From positions 68,346 through 132,345 of the forward strand of contig NZ_JMCB01000034.1 of the NCBI RefSeq assembly GCF_000737315.1: a stretch of 64,000 bases of DNA. The letters are read 5' to 3'. Below are positions 50,599 to 61,717 of the stretch, piece after piece. Positions within the stretch are counted from its first letter, which is position 1; each line of letters opens with the position of its first letter. The translations under genes and the position numbers were made by a program. The notes under the pieces were generated by a model, which saw only the letters and a list, made by a program, of their open reading frames with translations, was not told where the DNA came from and searched no databases. The stretch is from Hyalangium minutum. GTDB taxonomy: Bacteria > Myxococcota > Myxococcia > Myxococcales > Myxococcaceae.

Positions 50599-51272
50599 CG
50601 CAGCCAGACCAGGTCGCCTGTGCGCTTCTCGAAGGAGACCAGCTTCAGGTGGCGAGCGGGTCCCTTCCCCTCCTTCGCATCGAAGAGCGACGGAGCCCCC
50701 ACGGCCCCATCCGCGATGGGCGCCACCAGCACGCTCAGCTCGTCAATGAGGTCCGCAGCCAGGAAGGAGCCGTTGATCTTCCCGCCCCCCTCGAGGAGCA
50801 GCTTCCGGATGCCGAACTCCTTCGTGAGCTTCCCGAGCACCCTCTTCAGGTTCAGGTCCGTCTTGCCGCCAAACAGGTAGGAGACGCCCTTGGATTGAAG
50901 GAAGGCCAGGTAATCGTCCGAGACCTGCTCGGTGAGCACTGCAATCACGTGCTCGTCGTCGATGGAGCTCGACTTCCAGGTGAGCTTGCCGGACGGGTCC
51001 AGTGCAATGGCGTAGGACTCCGCATCACGCCTCGCGATGAAGTCCGTTCTCGGAATCGGGCGCGAATCCTTGCGCGCCGGAATCCGGGCCTTCCCAGCGT
51101 AGGGCTCCATCGAGATCCGGCCGATCATCCACGCATCGGCGCCGAAGGTCGCGGCTGTCCGCTCGTACTCGCCCGTGACGCTGGCCGGGAGCTTCCAGCG
51201 CGTGACGACGATCCGCCCATCGACAGAGGGAACCATGTGGCAAATCACGTAGGGACGCTTCGCTCTGTTCAT
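50580..51272 (-). CDS. RibD C-terminal / DHFR-like reductase
   Basis: SVDGRI, LLLEGGGKINGSFLAADLIDEL motifs; ATGA overlap with the antiporter stop. Confidence 0.88.
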   Translation of the reverse strand: MNRAKRPYVICHMVPSVDGRIVVTRWKLPASVTGEYERTAATFGADAWMIGRISMEPYAGKARIPARKDSRPIPRTDFIARRDAESYAIALDPSGKLTWKSSSIDDEHVIAVLTEQVSDDYLAFLQSKGVSYLFGGKTDLNLKRVLGKLTKEFGIRKLLLEGGGKINGSFLAADLIDELSVLVAPIADGAVGAPSLFDAKEGKGPARHLKLVSFEKRTGDLVWLRYTLKR

Positions 51273-52903
51273 CTGCTGGCTCCTGCCTCCCCGATGGGGG
51301 CGAGCTGCTGCAAGTCCAACTCCTCCAGATCGAGTTCCTGCTCGACTCGCTGGAAAGCCGCGTCACCAATGGTGCCATCCGCTCGCAGCGCGAGCAGCCG
51401 CTGCCGCTCGGCCGTCGTGGCCCTGCGCGCGATGGTGGCGTCAGCATTGAACGCGTGGCCGTCACCTGCTGCCGCCCCAGGAGACGCATGGCCGCCGCCT
51501 GCCAGCTCCGCTTCGGCCCGCCGGAGCATGACCTCGTACCGGCGGCGCAGCAGCCCTGCCATCTCCTCGCCAGGCAGCTCGGCCGTGACCGCGAGCGCGG
51601 CGCGCAACGTCTCGACCCGCGCGAGCAGCACCTCCCGCTCCACCGAGCCATCGTCCTTGAGCTCGAGCGCGTTGATGAGGGGACGCAACGTCATGCCCTG
51701 GACGACGAGTGTCCCGAGCACGACGGAGAAGGCGGTGAACAGGATCAGATCGCGATAGGGGAAAGCGTGCCCGTCGGACCCGCCGGTCGGAAGCGCCAAC
51801 GCGGCAGCGAGCGTCACGGTCCCTCGCATGCCGCACCACGCGACGACCACTGCAGCGCGCCTGGACAGGCCCACCGTGTCACGGCGCGCCACCGTGCCGT
51901 CCGCCGCTAGACGGCACCACCAGCGGCTCACGGCTGCGGCGCCCGACACCCATGCGAACCGCGCGAGGATCGTCGCGATGCACACCGCAGCCGCGATGCC
52001 GGCGTACTCGGTGAGCGTGCTCGAGTCGATCCGGCCGAGGATCCCCTTGAGCTGGAACCCCACGAGGATGAAGGCGAGCACGTTCAACACGAACACGGCG
52101 AACTCCCAGACCGCGTACGCGGGGATCCGGACGCGCGCCGGGGTGAGATCCGCGGCGCGGCGGGCGCTCACCATCGCGAACACGACCACGGTGAGGATGC
52201 CGGAGAGATGAAGCCGCTCCGCGAGCAGCCAGACCGCGAACGTCCCACAGAACTGGCAGACGACCGCGATGGCGACATCCTCGATCCGCGCGATCAACTC
52301 GATGATCACCCGTGACAGCACCCACCCAAGCACCCCGCTCCCCACGGTGACAACCAGGAGCTGAGGAATCACCCCCGCCGGAGACAGCGCGCCCGCCAGC
52401 GCCGCACCGACGGCGAGCCGGTAGATCAGCAGTGCGCTCGCATCGTTGAAGAGGCTCTCTCCCTCGAGGATGACGAGGAGCCGGTGCGGCGGACGGAGCT
52501 GCTTGAGCACAGCGGTGGCGGCCGCCGCATCAGGGGGCGCGACGATCGCGCCGAGCGCGACCGCGACGGCCCAAGGCATGCCGGGCACGAGCAGACGGGC
52601 CACCCCCGCGACGACGACGATGGTGAGGGCCACGGCGCCGATGGCAAGGCCGGTGACGGTCCGCCAGTTCGCCCGGAGGTCTCGCAGGGACGCATCGAAC
52701 GCGGCATCCAGCAGCACCGGCGCGACGAAGAGCGTGAGTGCAAGCTCCGGATCCAGGACGAGCGTGGGAGTGCCGGGAACGAGCGCCAGGCCCGCCCCAG
52801 CGAGCGCCACCATCGCCGGGTAGGGAGTCCCGATGCGCTTGGACAGCGCGGTGAGTCCTGCTCCGGCGAGCAACAACGCAATGATGATCTCAAAGACGTC
52901 CAT
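51269..52903 (-). CDS. CPA1 family Na+/H+ antiporter
   Basis: PPDAAA, ILEGESLFNDASAL, GMRGTVTLAAAL motifs; many TM helices. Confidence 0.93.
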   Translation of the reverse strand: MDVFEIIIALLLAGAGLTALSKRIGTPYPAMVALAGAGLALVPGTPTLVLDPELALTLFVAPVLLDAAFDASLRDLRANWRTVTGLAIGAVALTIVVVAGVARLLVPGMPWAVAVALGAIVAPPDAAAATAVLKQLRPPHRLLVILEGESLFNDASALLIYRLAVGAALAGALSPAGVIPQLLVVTVGSGVLGWVLSRVIIELIARIEDVAIAVVCQFCGTFAVWLLAERLHLSGILTVVVFAMVSARRAADLTPARVRIPAYAVWEFAVFVLNVLAFILVGFQLKGILGRIDSSTLTEYAGIAAAVCIATILARFAWVSGAAAVSRWWCRLAADGTVARRDTVGLSRRAAVVVAWCGMRGTVTLAAALALPTGGSDGHAFPYRDLILFTAFSVVLGTLVVQGMTLRPLINALELKDDGSVEREVLLARVETLRAALAVTAELPGEEMAGLLRRRYEVMLRRAEAELAGGGHASPGAAAGDGHAFNADATIARRATTAERQRLLALRADGTIGDAAFQRVEQELDLEELDLQQLAPIGEAGASR

Positions 52904-52966
52904 GCGGATCGCGAACCTCTCGAGTCATCCTACGTCCTCGGCTGCCCGAACCGGTACGCTCCCCGC

Positions 52967-54004
<1,038 letters not shown>

Positions 54005-54069
54005 CTAGGCGCCTGGAAGCCAATGGGCTGTTAAGCCCTGCCTCACAATCGGGTGCGTGTGCCATCCCT

Positions 54070-55095
54070 TCAGCGAGCGTCGAGGCTGCCTGCCAAGGCG
54101 CGCCGGTACTCCGCGGGGCGCTGTCCCGTCCAGCGCCGGAAGGCCCGGTGGAAGGTGCTCACCTCGGAGAAGCCGAGCAGGAAGGCAATCTCCGACAGCG
54201 AGAGCTTGCCCTCCTGAAGGTGGTGCAGGGTCAGCTTGCGGCGGACATCGTCGACGAGCCGCTGGTAGCTCGTCCCCTGCTCCTGGAGCCGGCGGAAGAA
54301 GCTCCGCTTGCTCAGGCCGAGCTGGCGAGCCAGGGGCTCTGCCTCCGGGATGCCGGTGCTCAGGTTCTGCAGGATGGCGCGGCGCACCTGATCGAGGAAC
54401 TGCTCCTGGACGGGAAGCTGCTCGAGGAGCAGCCGGGCAAACCGGTCGAGCACAGGGCCCAGCGTGGGGTCCGCCACCGGCAGGCGCCGATCCAGCAGGT
54501 GCCGCTCGAAGCGAAGCTCGGTGATGGGGTGGCCAAAGTGCAGGGGGGCTCGGAACATCCGCTGGTGCTCGCGGATGTCGTCTGGCCGCGCGTGCTGGAA
54601 GTAGACCTCGAGCGGCACCCACTCCTCCCGCAGATACGCGCGCCCGCGGAGGAGCAGGCTCGCGAGGATGAACTCGTTGATGTGCCGGGAAAGCACCCCC
54701 GGTCCGCGCCAGATGTGCATGAGCCGCACGACCGAGCCCTGCTCCTCCATGCTGAACGAGCCCGCGTCATGAATCAGGCGCTGGTAGCGCATGAAACCGC
54801 GATAGCAGTCCCCCAGGCAGGGCGCGTGGCTCATCATGTGGTCGAGCACGTCATAGGTCCCGTGAGGCAGCCGCTGGGCGAGACGGAGCCCGAAGGCTTC
54901 GTCTCCCGAGCGGCGCGGCAGCTCCTCCCAGAGCGCGGCCAGGAACTCGTGCGGGACCCGGCTGTCGGGCGCGCGGAGCTGCTCCGCGTCCACCCCGTAT
55001 CGGGCCAGGAGGTCACTGACGTCGACGCCAATCTTAGCGGCCACCTGGACCAGGAAGAGTGGCACGAGGGCTGTGACGGTGAAGCGCTGAGGCAT
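54070..55095 (-). CDS. AraC family transcriptional regulator
   Basis: Long N-terminal sensor domain; LGFSEVSTFHRAFRRWTG C-terminal HTH. Confidence 0.92.
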   Translation of the reverse strand: MPQRFTVTALVPLFLVQVAAKIGVDVSDLLARYGVDAEQLRAPDSRVPHEFLAALWEELPRRSGDEAFGLRLAQRLPHGTYDVLDHMMSHAPCLGDCYRGFMRYQRLIHDAGSFSMEEQGSVVRLMHIWRGPGVLSRHINEFILASLLLRGRAYLREEWVPLEVYFQHARPDDIREHQRMFRAPLHFGHPITELRFERHLLDRRLPVADPTLGPVLDRFARLLLEQLPVQEQFLDQVRRAILQNLSTGIPEAEPLARQLGLSKRSFFRRLQEQGTSYQRLVDDVRRKLTLHHLQEGKLSLSEIAFLLGFSEVSTFHRAFRRWTGQRPAEYRRALAGSLDAR

Positions 55096-55247
55096 GGCGG
55101 GGAAGCGTACCTGCCCTCGCGCTCCGTGGCACTCCGGGACAATTCTCTGGCACGCCCCGGCAATGATGAGCCGCCGCGTTTTTCCCATCATGGCCGCGAG
55201 CTGAACGGGTGATGGACACCCGGCTTCCAGCTTCTCACGGAGGAGTC

Positions 55248-55838
55248 ATGAGCACGCTGCGGAAAGTTCTGTTGTCCCTCGCAATGGTTTCACTCGGAGT
55301 CGGTTGTGGCGCGGAGGCGCCCCTGCAGGAGCGCCTCCCGGAGGAGGGACAGGCCCAGGTGGCCGCGCTCGGCTCGGCACCTCCGGCCGCGCCCGGGAGC
55401 AAGCTGACAGGCTTCGTGGTGAACGGCACCCAGTCTCGCGTGTACTTCCTGGGCGCAAACAATCACGTGTATGAGCTGTGGTTCGACGGGCAGAGCTGGC
55501 ACTCCGGCGACCTGATGCAACGGGCCTCGGCACCCAACGCCGCACCGGGCAGCGCGCTCACCGGCTTCACGGTGAATGGCACCCTGTCACGCGTCTACTT
55601 CACCGGAGCGGACAACAAGACCTACGAGCTCTGGTACGACAGCCAGAACTGGCACTCCGCGAACCTGACGCAGTGGGCCTCGGCGCCCAACGCCGCGCCC
55701 GACAGCGCGCTCACCGGCTTCGCAGTGAACGGCAACCTGTCTCGGACCTACTTCCTGAGCGCCGACAACCACGTCAACGAGCTCTGGTACGACGGGCTGA
55801 ACTGGCACACCGTGGATCTCACCGCGACGGCGAACTGA
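55248..55838 (+). CDS. Lipoprotein with three fungal-fucose-lectin-like beta-propeller blades
   Basis: GGAGGAG SD, LGVGC lipobox, three ~51-aa repeats AAPxSxLTGFxVNGxxSRxYFxxAxNxxxELWxDxxxWHxxxL. Confidence 0.75.
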   Translation: MSTLRKVLLSLAMVSLGVGCGAEAPLQERLPEEGQAQVAALGSAPPAAPGSKLTGFVVNGTQSRVYFLGANNHVYELWFDGQSWHSGDLMQRASAPNAAPGSALTGFTVNGTLSRVYFTGADNKTYELWYDSQNWHSANLTQWASAPNAAPDSALTGFAVNGNLSRTYFLSADNHVNELWYDGLNWHTVDLTATAN

Positions 55839-55921
55839 GTTCCCCCACGTCTGACACCCTGTGCCAGGAGACGGCGGATGCTTCGCCGTCTCCCTCCCAC
55901 TTGAATGGAGCGACAGCCCCT

Positions 55922-57574
55922 TTACCGGGTGGAGACGTTGTTCCAGGCCGTGTGGATGCGGTACCTGCCATCGCTCGCCGGATTGGTCCATGCGAGAACG
56001 GACCATCCCGCCTGGTCGGTCACGAGGCCGACCGAGCCCCAGTGACTGGGGCCAATGATGTCGAACGGCCCCGCCTCGGTCCTCCAGGCCGTGTCTCCTG
56101 AACCGAGCGCAGAGACCCGAAGCTCGAAGTCCCCTCCGGCCCGGGGTTGCTCCCAGGCCAGGAAGAGCGTGGAGCCACTCACGGCGAGCTTCTTCGGGAA
56201 GGCCCAGTTCTCCGCCGCGAGCCTGGGCAGATCGCTCCAGTCCGTCCCCGTCCACACCTTCACGAGAATTCCGTCGTTCGCAGGCGAGCTGTAGGCCACG
56301 ACGGGCCGCCCCTGCGCGTCCACGCTGAGCATGGGTCGCTCATAGCCAATTCCCGGGAAGGACTCCCCCAGCTGCACCCAGCCCTCAGGGCTCCAGGCGA
56401 CGACACGCACGGAGGCCGTACCGGCAGCGGTCCGCTCGAGCCACGCGAAGACCGGCCGCCCCGCTCCGTCCACAACCACCTGCGGCTCCGTGGTGAGCCC
56501 GCTCTCGGGCCCGCAGGGCATCCCGGTGAGTTCCTCGAGCGTTCCGTTGACCACACGGCCGGCATGCTGGCAGCGGTACTCCTGCGCCGGCTGCCAGCCA
56601 AGCGCCATCATGCCGCCCGGACCTATCGCGAGCCCGACATTCCACGTCCACGTGGAGAACGGCATGGTGGCGATGGGGTCACCCCAGACGTCGTTCACCA
56701 ACCGGTGCACGTGGATGCCGTGATGGGCGGCGTACGCGATGCCATCGGGCGCGGTCGCCAGCGCCACCGCGCCGGTGTTCGACTCGACGCGGGCGGCTGG
56801 GCCGCTCTTGCAGAGAGATCCAAAGGCAATCGCGGGAGTCTCTTGTCCGGGAACAGCCTCCTGGTAGGCCATGACGATCTCCGAGCCGCTGCGCGCAATC
56901 GTCATCTCGCTCGAGCCCGGTGAGTCGGGGCGCAGCCCCTCCACGAGCCGAGGAACTTCGAGCCCCCAGGGACCTTCGCTCAGGACGTTGCCGAACTCGT
57001 CGGTGGCCATTATCGAGATGTTCCAGGAGGTAGGCAGCGCGGCAGGCACGGCAGGGAAGATGAGCAACTTGCGGCCGCCGAGCAGCACAAGGCTTGCGGG
57101 AACGGAGGCGCCTGCCCCATCCCGAACGGTGACGGAGAGGGAGTCCGGAACAATGATCTCCGAGAACTCGGCGGCAATGCCACACGCCCGCGTGAAGGGC
57201 TCACCGGCCTGGGGCCACCGCGCCACGATCTTCGGGGCCGTGGCGTCGCGGGTAAAGCTCACACGGCGCTCCAGCTGAGGGCGCTCGCCGTTCACGTTGA
57301 AGAATGCGACGGCGGTGAGCTCGTGGGCACCGTCGGCCAGTTGCCGCAGATCGAGCTCATGGGTGTACGGCGAGGACAGGCGGGCGACGATCTCGCCGTC
57401 CAGAGACAGGTCGATAAAGGCCGCCGCAGGCGCCGTCTGGAGCTGAACGGTGAGCCGCTCGCCCAGGGTGCTGTTCTCCACCGGAGAGACGAACTCGAGC
57501 GAACCGGTGAATTCCTCCTGCTTCGAGCAGGCGACGAGCATGCCCAGCCAGGCAACCATCAGGATGCGATACAC
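55922..57574 (-). CDS. Lipoprotein with Ig-like domains and probable C-terminal beta-propeller
   Basis: MLVAC lipobox; two Ig-like segments (DATAPKIVARWP...FSE); W-rich repeats. Confidence 0.7.
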   Translation of the reverse strand: MYRILMVAWLGMLVACSKQEEFTGSLEFVSPVENSTLGERLTVQLQTAPAAAFIDLSLDGEIVARLSSPYTHELDLRQLADGAHELTAVAFFNVNGERPQLERRVSFTRDATAPKIVARWPQAGEPFTRACGIAAEFSEIIVPDSLSVTVRDGAGASVPASLVLLGGRKLLIFPAVPAALPTSWNISIMATDEFGNVLSEGPWGLEVPRLVEGLRPDSPGSSEMTIARSGSEIVMAYQEAVPGQETPAIAFGSLCKSGPAARVESNTGAVALATAPDGIAYAAHHGIHVHRLVNDVWGDPIATMPFSTWTWNVGLAIGPGGMMALGWQPAQEYRCQHAGRVVNGTLEELTGMPCGPESGLTTEPQVVVDGAGRPVFAWLERTAAGTASVRVVAWSPEGWVQLGESFPGIGYERPMLSVDAQGRPVVAYSSPANDGILVKVWTGTDWSDLPRLAAENWAFPKKLAVSGSTLFLAWEQPRAGGDFELRVSALGSGDTAWRTEAGPFDIIGPSHWGSVGLVTDQAGWSVLAWTNPASDGRYRIHTAWNNVSTR

Positions 57575-57701
57575 GGGAGTCCCCCATTCAAGATGCGCCG
57601 CGCTCTCTTCGCACGGAGCGAGCGGCGCAGCCAGGAGAACCCTCCACTCATCGACTGGCTACCCGGCGCGCTTTGCTGCGAGAATCGAGCAGAGCCTGCC
57701 C

Positions 57702-58721
57702 ATGGAAAACCCCCGGCCTCGCCGTCCAGTGGAGTTCCTCACCTCGTCCCCGAAGCGAGGGGGGAGCTGGCCCAAGCTCCTCGTCGGGACGCTCGTAGGG
57801 GGCTTCGTGTTGGTGTACGCGGGCGGTGAGGCGCTGAGCCTGTACCACCGCCACCGCGGCCCCTCTGATCCCGTGGCCCCTGTCCGGGAGAAAGAGAGGC
57901 AACGCGTTGCCTCCCCCAGCCAGCCGGGCCTTCAGGACTCCCTGACACAGGTGGAGAAGGAGATCCCCAACCACGCACACCTGAGAGCGGCCCAAGCCAA
58001 GCTGATGGACCAGAAGCTCGCAGCGGCCAAGGCCGAGCTGGACGCGATCAGCCCGGACACGACGCTGTTCGAGCAGGTGAACGCGCTGAAGCGCCAGCTT
58101 CGGGCCGCCGCGGACAAGGGAATGGCCGAGGCGGATCACCTGGGCAGCGCAGGCAAGCGCGAGGAAGCCATGGCCCTCCTGCAGGAAGTGCTCAGCGTCT
58201 TTCCTGACGACGAGCAGGCCCGGCTCCTCCAAGTCAAATGGAAGCCTCGTGAAGCCTGCTGGGGGTTATCGCAGCCTCCCCCACCTCCCCCCTCTGTGCC
58301 GGCCTGGACCAAAGCCACCCGCCGATTCATGGACAAGGATCTACCGGGTGCCATGGCTATCGCTCGGGCATGCAAGGGCCATGAACCCCGGTGCAAGCCG
58401 GGCCTCCAAGAGCTGGAGGAGTTCAACAAGCTCTACCTGCGGCTGGAGTCGCTGAATGCCCGGCAACTCCTGCGCCTGAGCCAGTTGGACAAGCAGATCA
58501 CAGGGACCTCCACGCCCAGCCAGCTCGGCTCACTCGTGGCACAGCGCGCGGACCAACTGAAGGCCCAAGCCAAGGACCACTTCCTCCAAGGCGATGCGCT
58601 CAAGGACTCCGAGCCCGCCAAGGCCCGCTCGGAGTTCCAGCAAGTCACGGCGAAGACCTCACCGGACGACGAGCTGCACCAGAAGGCGCGAGCCTGGCTC
58701 GGGAAGCTCGCGAGGAAATGA
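57702..58721 (+). CDS. Membrane-anchored helical/TPR-like protein
   Basis: Single TM, helical repeats, Pro linker, C-terminus AKDHFLQG...PDDELHQKAR. Confidence 0.7.
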   Translation: MENPRPRRPVEFLTSSPKRGGSWPKLLVGTLVGGFVLVYAGGEALSLYHRHRGPSDPVAPVREKERQRVASPSQPGLQDSLTQVEKEIPNHAHLRAAQAKLMDQKLAAAKAELDAISPDTTLFEQVNALKRQLRAAADKGMAEADHLGSAGKREEAMALLQEVLSVFPDDEQARLLQVKWKPREACWGLSQPPPPPPSVPAWTKATRRFMDKDLPGAMAIARACKGHEPRCKPGLQELEEFNKLYLRLESLNARQLLRLSQLDKQITGTSTPSQLGSLVAQRADQLKAQAKDHFLQGDALKDSEPAKARSEFQQVTAKTSPDDELHQKARAWLGKLARK

Positions 58722-58776
58722 GCGTGTAGCCAGGCGACAGGGCTATCGGAGCGGCCCGTCAAAGCACCTGGGAGGG

Positions 58777-59205
58777 CTAGAGCAGCTTCGACATGATCTC
58801 GCGCTCGCGCTGCTCGAGCTTGATCGAGTCGAGCGTCCAGTCGATGAGCGCGTCGGCGACCGACACGTCGAGACCGAAGGTGCTGGCAGCCTCCTTCACC
58901 GAGGCGCGCTCCTCTTTCGCGATCTCGCCGTCCGCGCACGCCACCTCGACGAGCATGCGCAGCAGAGAGACGCGCAGCTCGCGGATTTCGATCTTGCTGA
59001 TGATGTCGGCGAAGCGGCTGGGCTTCTTGAACTCCTGCTCGATGAGCGCGGCGACCTGCTCGTCGCGGGGCGACAGGCCCATGCCCAGCACGATTTCATC
59101 CAGCTGCTGACGCTCGTCCTCGGTGATGCGGCCATCGCTCGCCGCCACGTTGGCCATGGCCTGGACGAACGCCAGCAACTGCTCCTGGGGGTACTCGCGC
59201 GACAT
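58777..59205 (-). CDS. TerB family protein
   Basis: VAASDGRITEDE and VACADGEIAKEE duplicated TerB motifs. Confidence 0.85.
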   Translation of the reverse strand: MSREYPQEQLLAFVQAMANVAASDGRITEDERQQLDEIVLGMGLSPRDEQVAALIEQEFKKPSRFADIISKIEIRELRVSLLRMLVEVACADGEIAKEERASVKEAASTFGLDVSVADALIDWTLDSIKLEQREREIMSKLL

Positions 59206-59489
59206 GATCGTCTCCTGGGCGAGCGGCGCGCGGCGGGCCGGGGGATGTCGGACAGAGCCGGGGCCGGGCTGCTCGGGGGGCGCAGGATAGTGGGCGCCCG
59301 CGAGGACCGGAAACGGTTTTCAGCGCGCGGGCATCGGGCCCTCAGCCCACGTCCTTCCGCGTCACAGCCTCCGGAGACTCCTGGATCTGGGGCACAGCCT
59401 CTACCAGTCCACCCACCTGGCCGGAGCGCAGCGAGGCCCACCTGGAGCAGGTGGGCCTCTTTCCACCTCAAGCGACGACGACCCGCGGC

Positions 59490-61598
59490 TTACCAGCCCG
59501 CGAGCAACGTGTACTTGCCGTTGGTCGCGCCCGTGCCGCCGCTGTAATAAATCACCTTCACATACAAGACGGTCGCCGTCGTGCCGGTGTTGGCCCGGGT
59601 CACCACGTCGGCAAGGCCCGTCCCCTTGAGGCTCGAGCTCAGCTGGGTTCCCGAGCTGTTATACAGGTACAGGTCGTAGTCCGAGGTCGCGTTCGGCGTC
59701 ATCGTCGCCGTCAGCGTCTTGCCTGCCGGCAGGCTCACCTGGAAATAGTCCACATCGCTGCTGGCTGAGATCGTCGCGTTGACGGTGGTGTTGGCCGCGG
59801 AGATCACGTTCGCCGTTGCCGTGGTGTTGTTGGCCTCGGTCTCGTTGATGGACGGGCCCGAGACGACAGTGCCAAGAATGCCTTGCGCCTGGAACTTCGC
59901 GTTGAAGGTATTCTCGTAAGTGGGATCCGCCGGGAACAGGTTGTGCGCCGCGTTGACGATGGCCGTCGCCATCGCCGGCATCTTCACCCCAGAGCCCAAC
60001 CCGAAGTGCGCCTGGAGGATGATCTTGTCCACGTCCTCCCGCGGCTTGCCCGCCGCCTTCAAGCTCTTCAGCGCCTCGAACAGGGGCGCCGACCACAGCT
60101 CGTCGGACTGGAAGGTGACGCCTCCCTCGGTCACCGACTGGTGCGCGCTATAGGTCTTGCTGCTGTTGTACCGGGCGTCCGTCCGGTTGAGCATGCGGCC
60201 GTTCCAGCACGAGCTGTGGCCATCCCAGGTGAACACCCACTCGGGGTGGTACGTGGCGCCATTCGGCGTGCTGTAGGAGTACGAACCCGCCCAGTAGTCT
60301 CCGAAGCCTTCGCCCATGGCGCCCGTGTCGCCGCCGGTCCAGCTCGAGTTGATGTTGAACTGAATGCCATGGCCGTACTCGTGGAGGATCACGTCGGCGT
60401 CTTCGCTGTCGTTGACGCAGCCATGGCCAAAGGCCAGGTAGTCACTGGTGCCCCGGCTGTAGTGCGAGTTGTCGTCACCGCTGACGCCGTTGGTGTCCAC
60501 ATTCAGCGGGCGGTTGATGATGTTGGTGAAGCCCAGGGACTGGATGTACCGCTGGCTCTGATCGATATGGAAATAGACGTTGGTGTCGTCGAACGCGTCG
60601 TTGCCGCGCTTGGCCGTCCAGATGCCGTTGGTGGTCGTCGAGGGCGCGGTGTTCGGCGCTTCGATGTCCTTGATGTTGATGTACGGCCCGGAGAGCGAAT
60701 ACACACCGCCCGCCAGCGTGATGTCCCGCAGCGGCTTGGTGAGGTAAGCCGCGTCGAACGCCGTGGCGGCCGAGGTGTCCGTCAGGGCGTCGGTGTTCAG
60801 CGTGGTGCGGGGGTCGGGATCAAACACATAGCCGGTGCCGTTGATGCCAGAGGCCAGGCCCGCGGAAAACGTGGGCTTGGCGCCGCCCAACTTCTGCTCG
60901 ATGGCGGCCGTCGCGGCCTTGCGATCCAGGGGCGGGCCCAGGACAAAGAAGCGGGAGGCGAGGGTCCGGTCCTCGAACTTGCCGTTGCGAGGCAGGGACG
61001 TGCTGTAGGAGCCGACCAGGCGGCCGTCCTGGGCGTTGATGTATTGCACGAAACCGCCGGTGGGCATCTGCGCGGCGATCGTCACCTTGTACACCAGCTG
61101 GAAACCGTCCTTGACGGGGATCCACACCCGCTCGTCCTTGGGCAGGTCCACCAAGGGCTGCTGGACCCGCATGTTCGTCCACGCCTGGTCCAGCGCGGCT
61201 TCGCTGGAGATCTGCGCCTTCAGGTACAGCTGGTTGACCGCGTCGTCATCCATCTCCGCGCTGACGTGCCGGGTCTCGTTGAAGATCTGCAGCAGCTGGC
61301 CATTCTTGCCAATCGAGACAATGATCTGTGCGTTGTCCACGGGCAGGTCCAGCAACATCTGCTGATAGCGGTAGTGCTTGCCCAGCAGGGACTCTTGCAC
61401 CTCGACGAGCACCAGGTTGTCCAGGCTGCGAGGCAGCCCGTAGCGCTCGGCATTGTCTCGGAGCGCCTGCTCTGGGGAGAGGGCCTTGGTGCCCGAGAAC
61501 ACCGTCAGGTTGTCCGTCGTGGTGCTCTTGGCCTCGGCCGCACCGGCCGAGCCAAGGGCCAGCGACAGGGCCAGAACACGAAATGAGGGGTGACGCAT
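59490..61598 (-). CDS. Secreted M36 (fungalysin-like) metallopeptidase with propeptide and C-terminal PPC domain
   Basis: Signal peptide, SLLGKHYRYQQ propeptide, ILHEYGH, MGEGFGDYW, NETEANNT...DVDYF PPC. Confidence 0.88.
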   Translation of the reverse strand: MRHPSFRVLALSLALGSAGAAEAKSTTTDNLTVFSGTKALSPEQALRDNAERYGLPRSLDNLVLVEVQESLLGKHYRYQQMLLDLPVDNAQIIVSIGKNGQLLQIFNETRHVSAEMDDDAVNQLYLKAQISSEAALDQAWTNMRVQQPLVDLPKDERVWIPVKDGFQLVYKVTIAAQMPTGGFVQYINAQDGRLVGSYSTSLPRNGKFEDRTLASRFFVLGPPLDRKAATAAIEQKLGGAKPTFSAGLASGINGTGYVFDPDPRTTLNTDALTDTSAATAFDAAYLTKPLRDITLAGGVYSLSGPYINIKDIEAPNTAPSTTTNGIWTAKRGNDAFDDTNVYFHIDQSQRYIQSLGFTNIINRPLNVDTNGVSGDDNSHYSRGTSDYLAFGHGCVNDSEDADVILHEYGHGIQFNINSSWTGGDTGAMGEGFGDYWAGSYSYSTPNGATYHPEWVFTWDGHSSCWNGRMLNRTDARYNSSKTYSAHQSVTEGGVTFQSDELWSAPLFEALKSLKAAGKPREDVDKIILQAHFGLGSGVKMPAMATAIVNAAHNLFPADPTYENTFNAKFQAQGILGTVVSGPSINETEANNTTATANVISAANTTVNATISASSDVDYFQVSLPAGKTLTATMTPNATSDYDLYLYNSSGTQLSSSLKGTGLADVVTRANTGTTATVLYVKVIYYSGGTGATNGKYTLLAGW

Positions 61599-61717
61599 AC
61601 GCCTCCATGGAGTGGGGGATGCGCCTGAGCGTGGGAGAAATCACCCTGCGCTGTCAATGAAACCCTGGAATTTATTGATTTCCTGGAAGACTTGGAGGGC
61701 TCGGTTAGGATGGCGCG

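Noticed and set aside
55148-55165. TGGCACG as a sigma54 promoter for the lectin gene
   Set aside because: GG-to-GC spacing is 9 nt rather than the required 10.
59883-61586. 567-aa plus-strand ORF; similar long antisense ORFs over the helicase, fumarase and kinase genes
   Set aside because: Shadow ORFs with no independent motifs.
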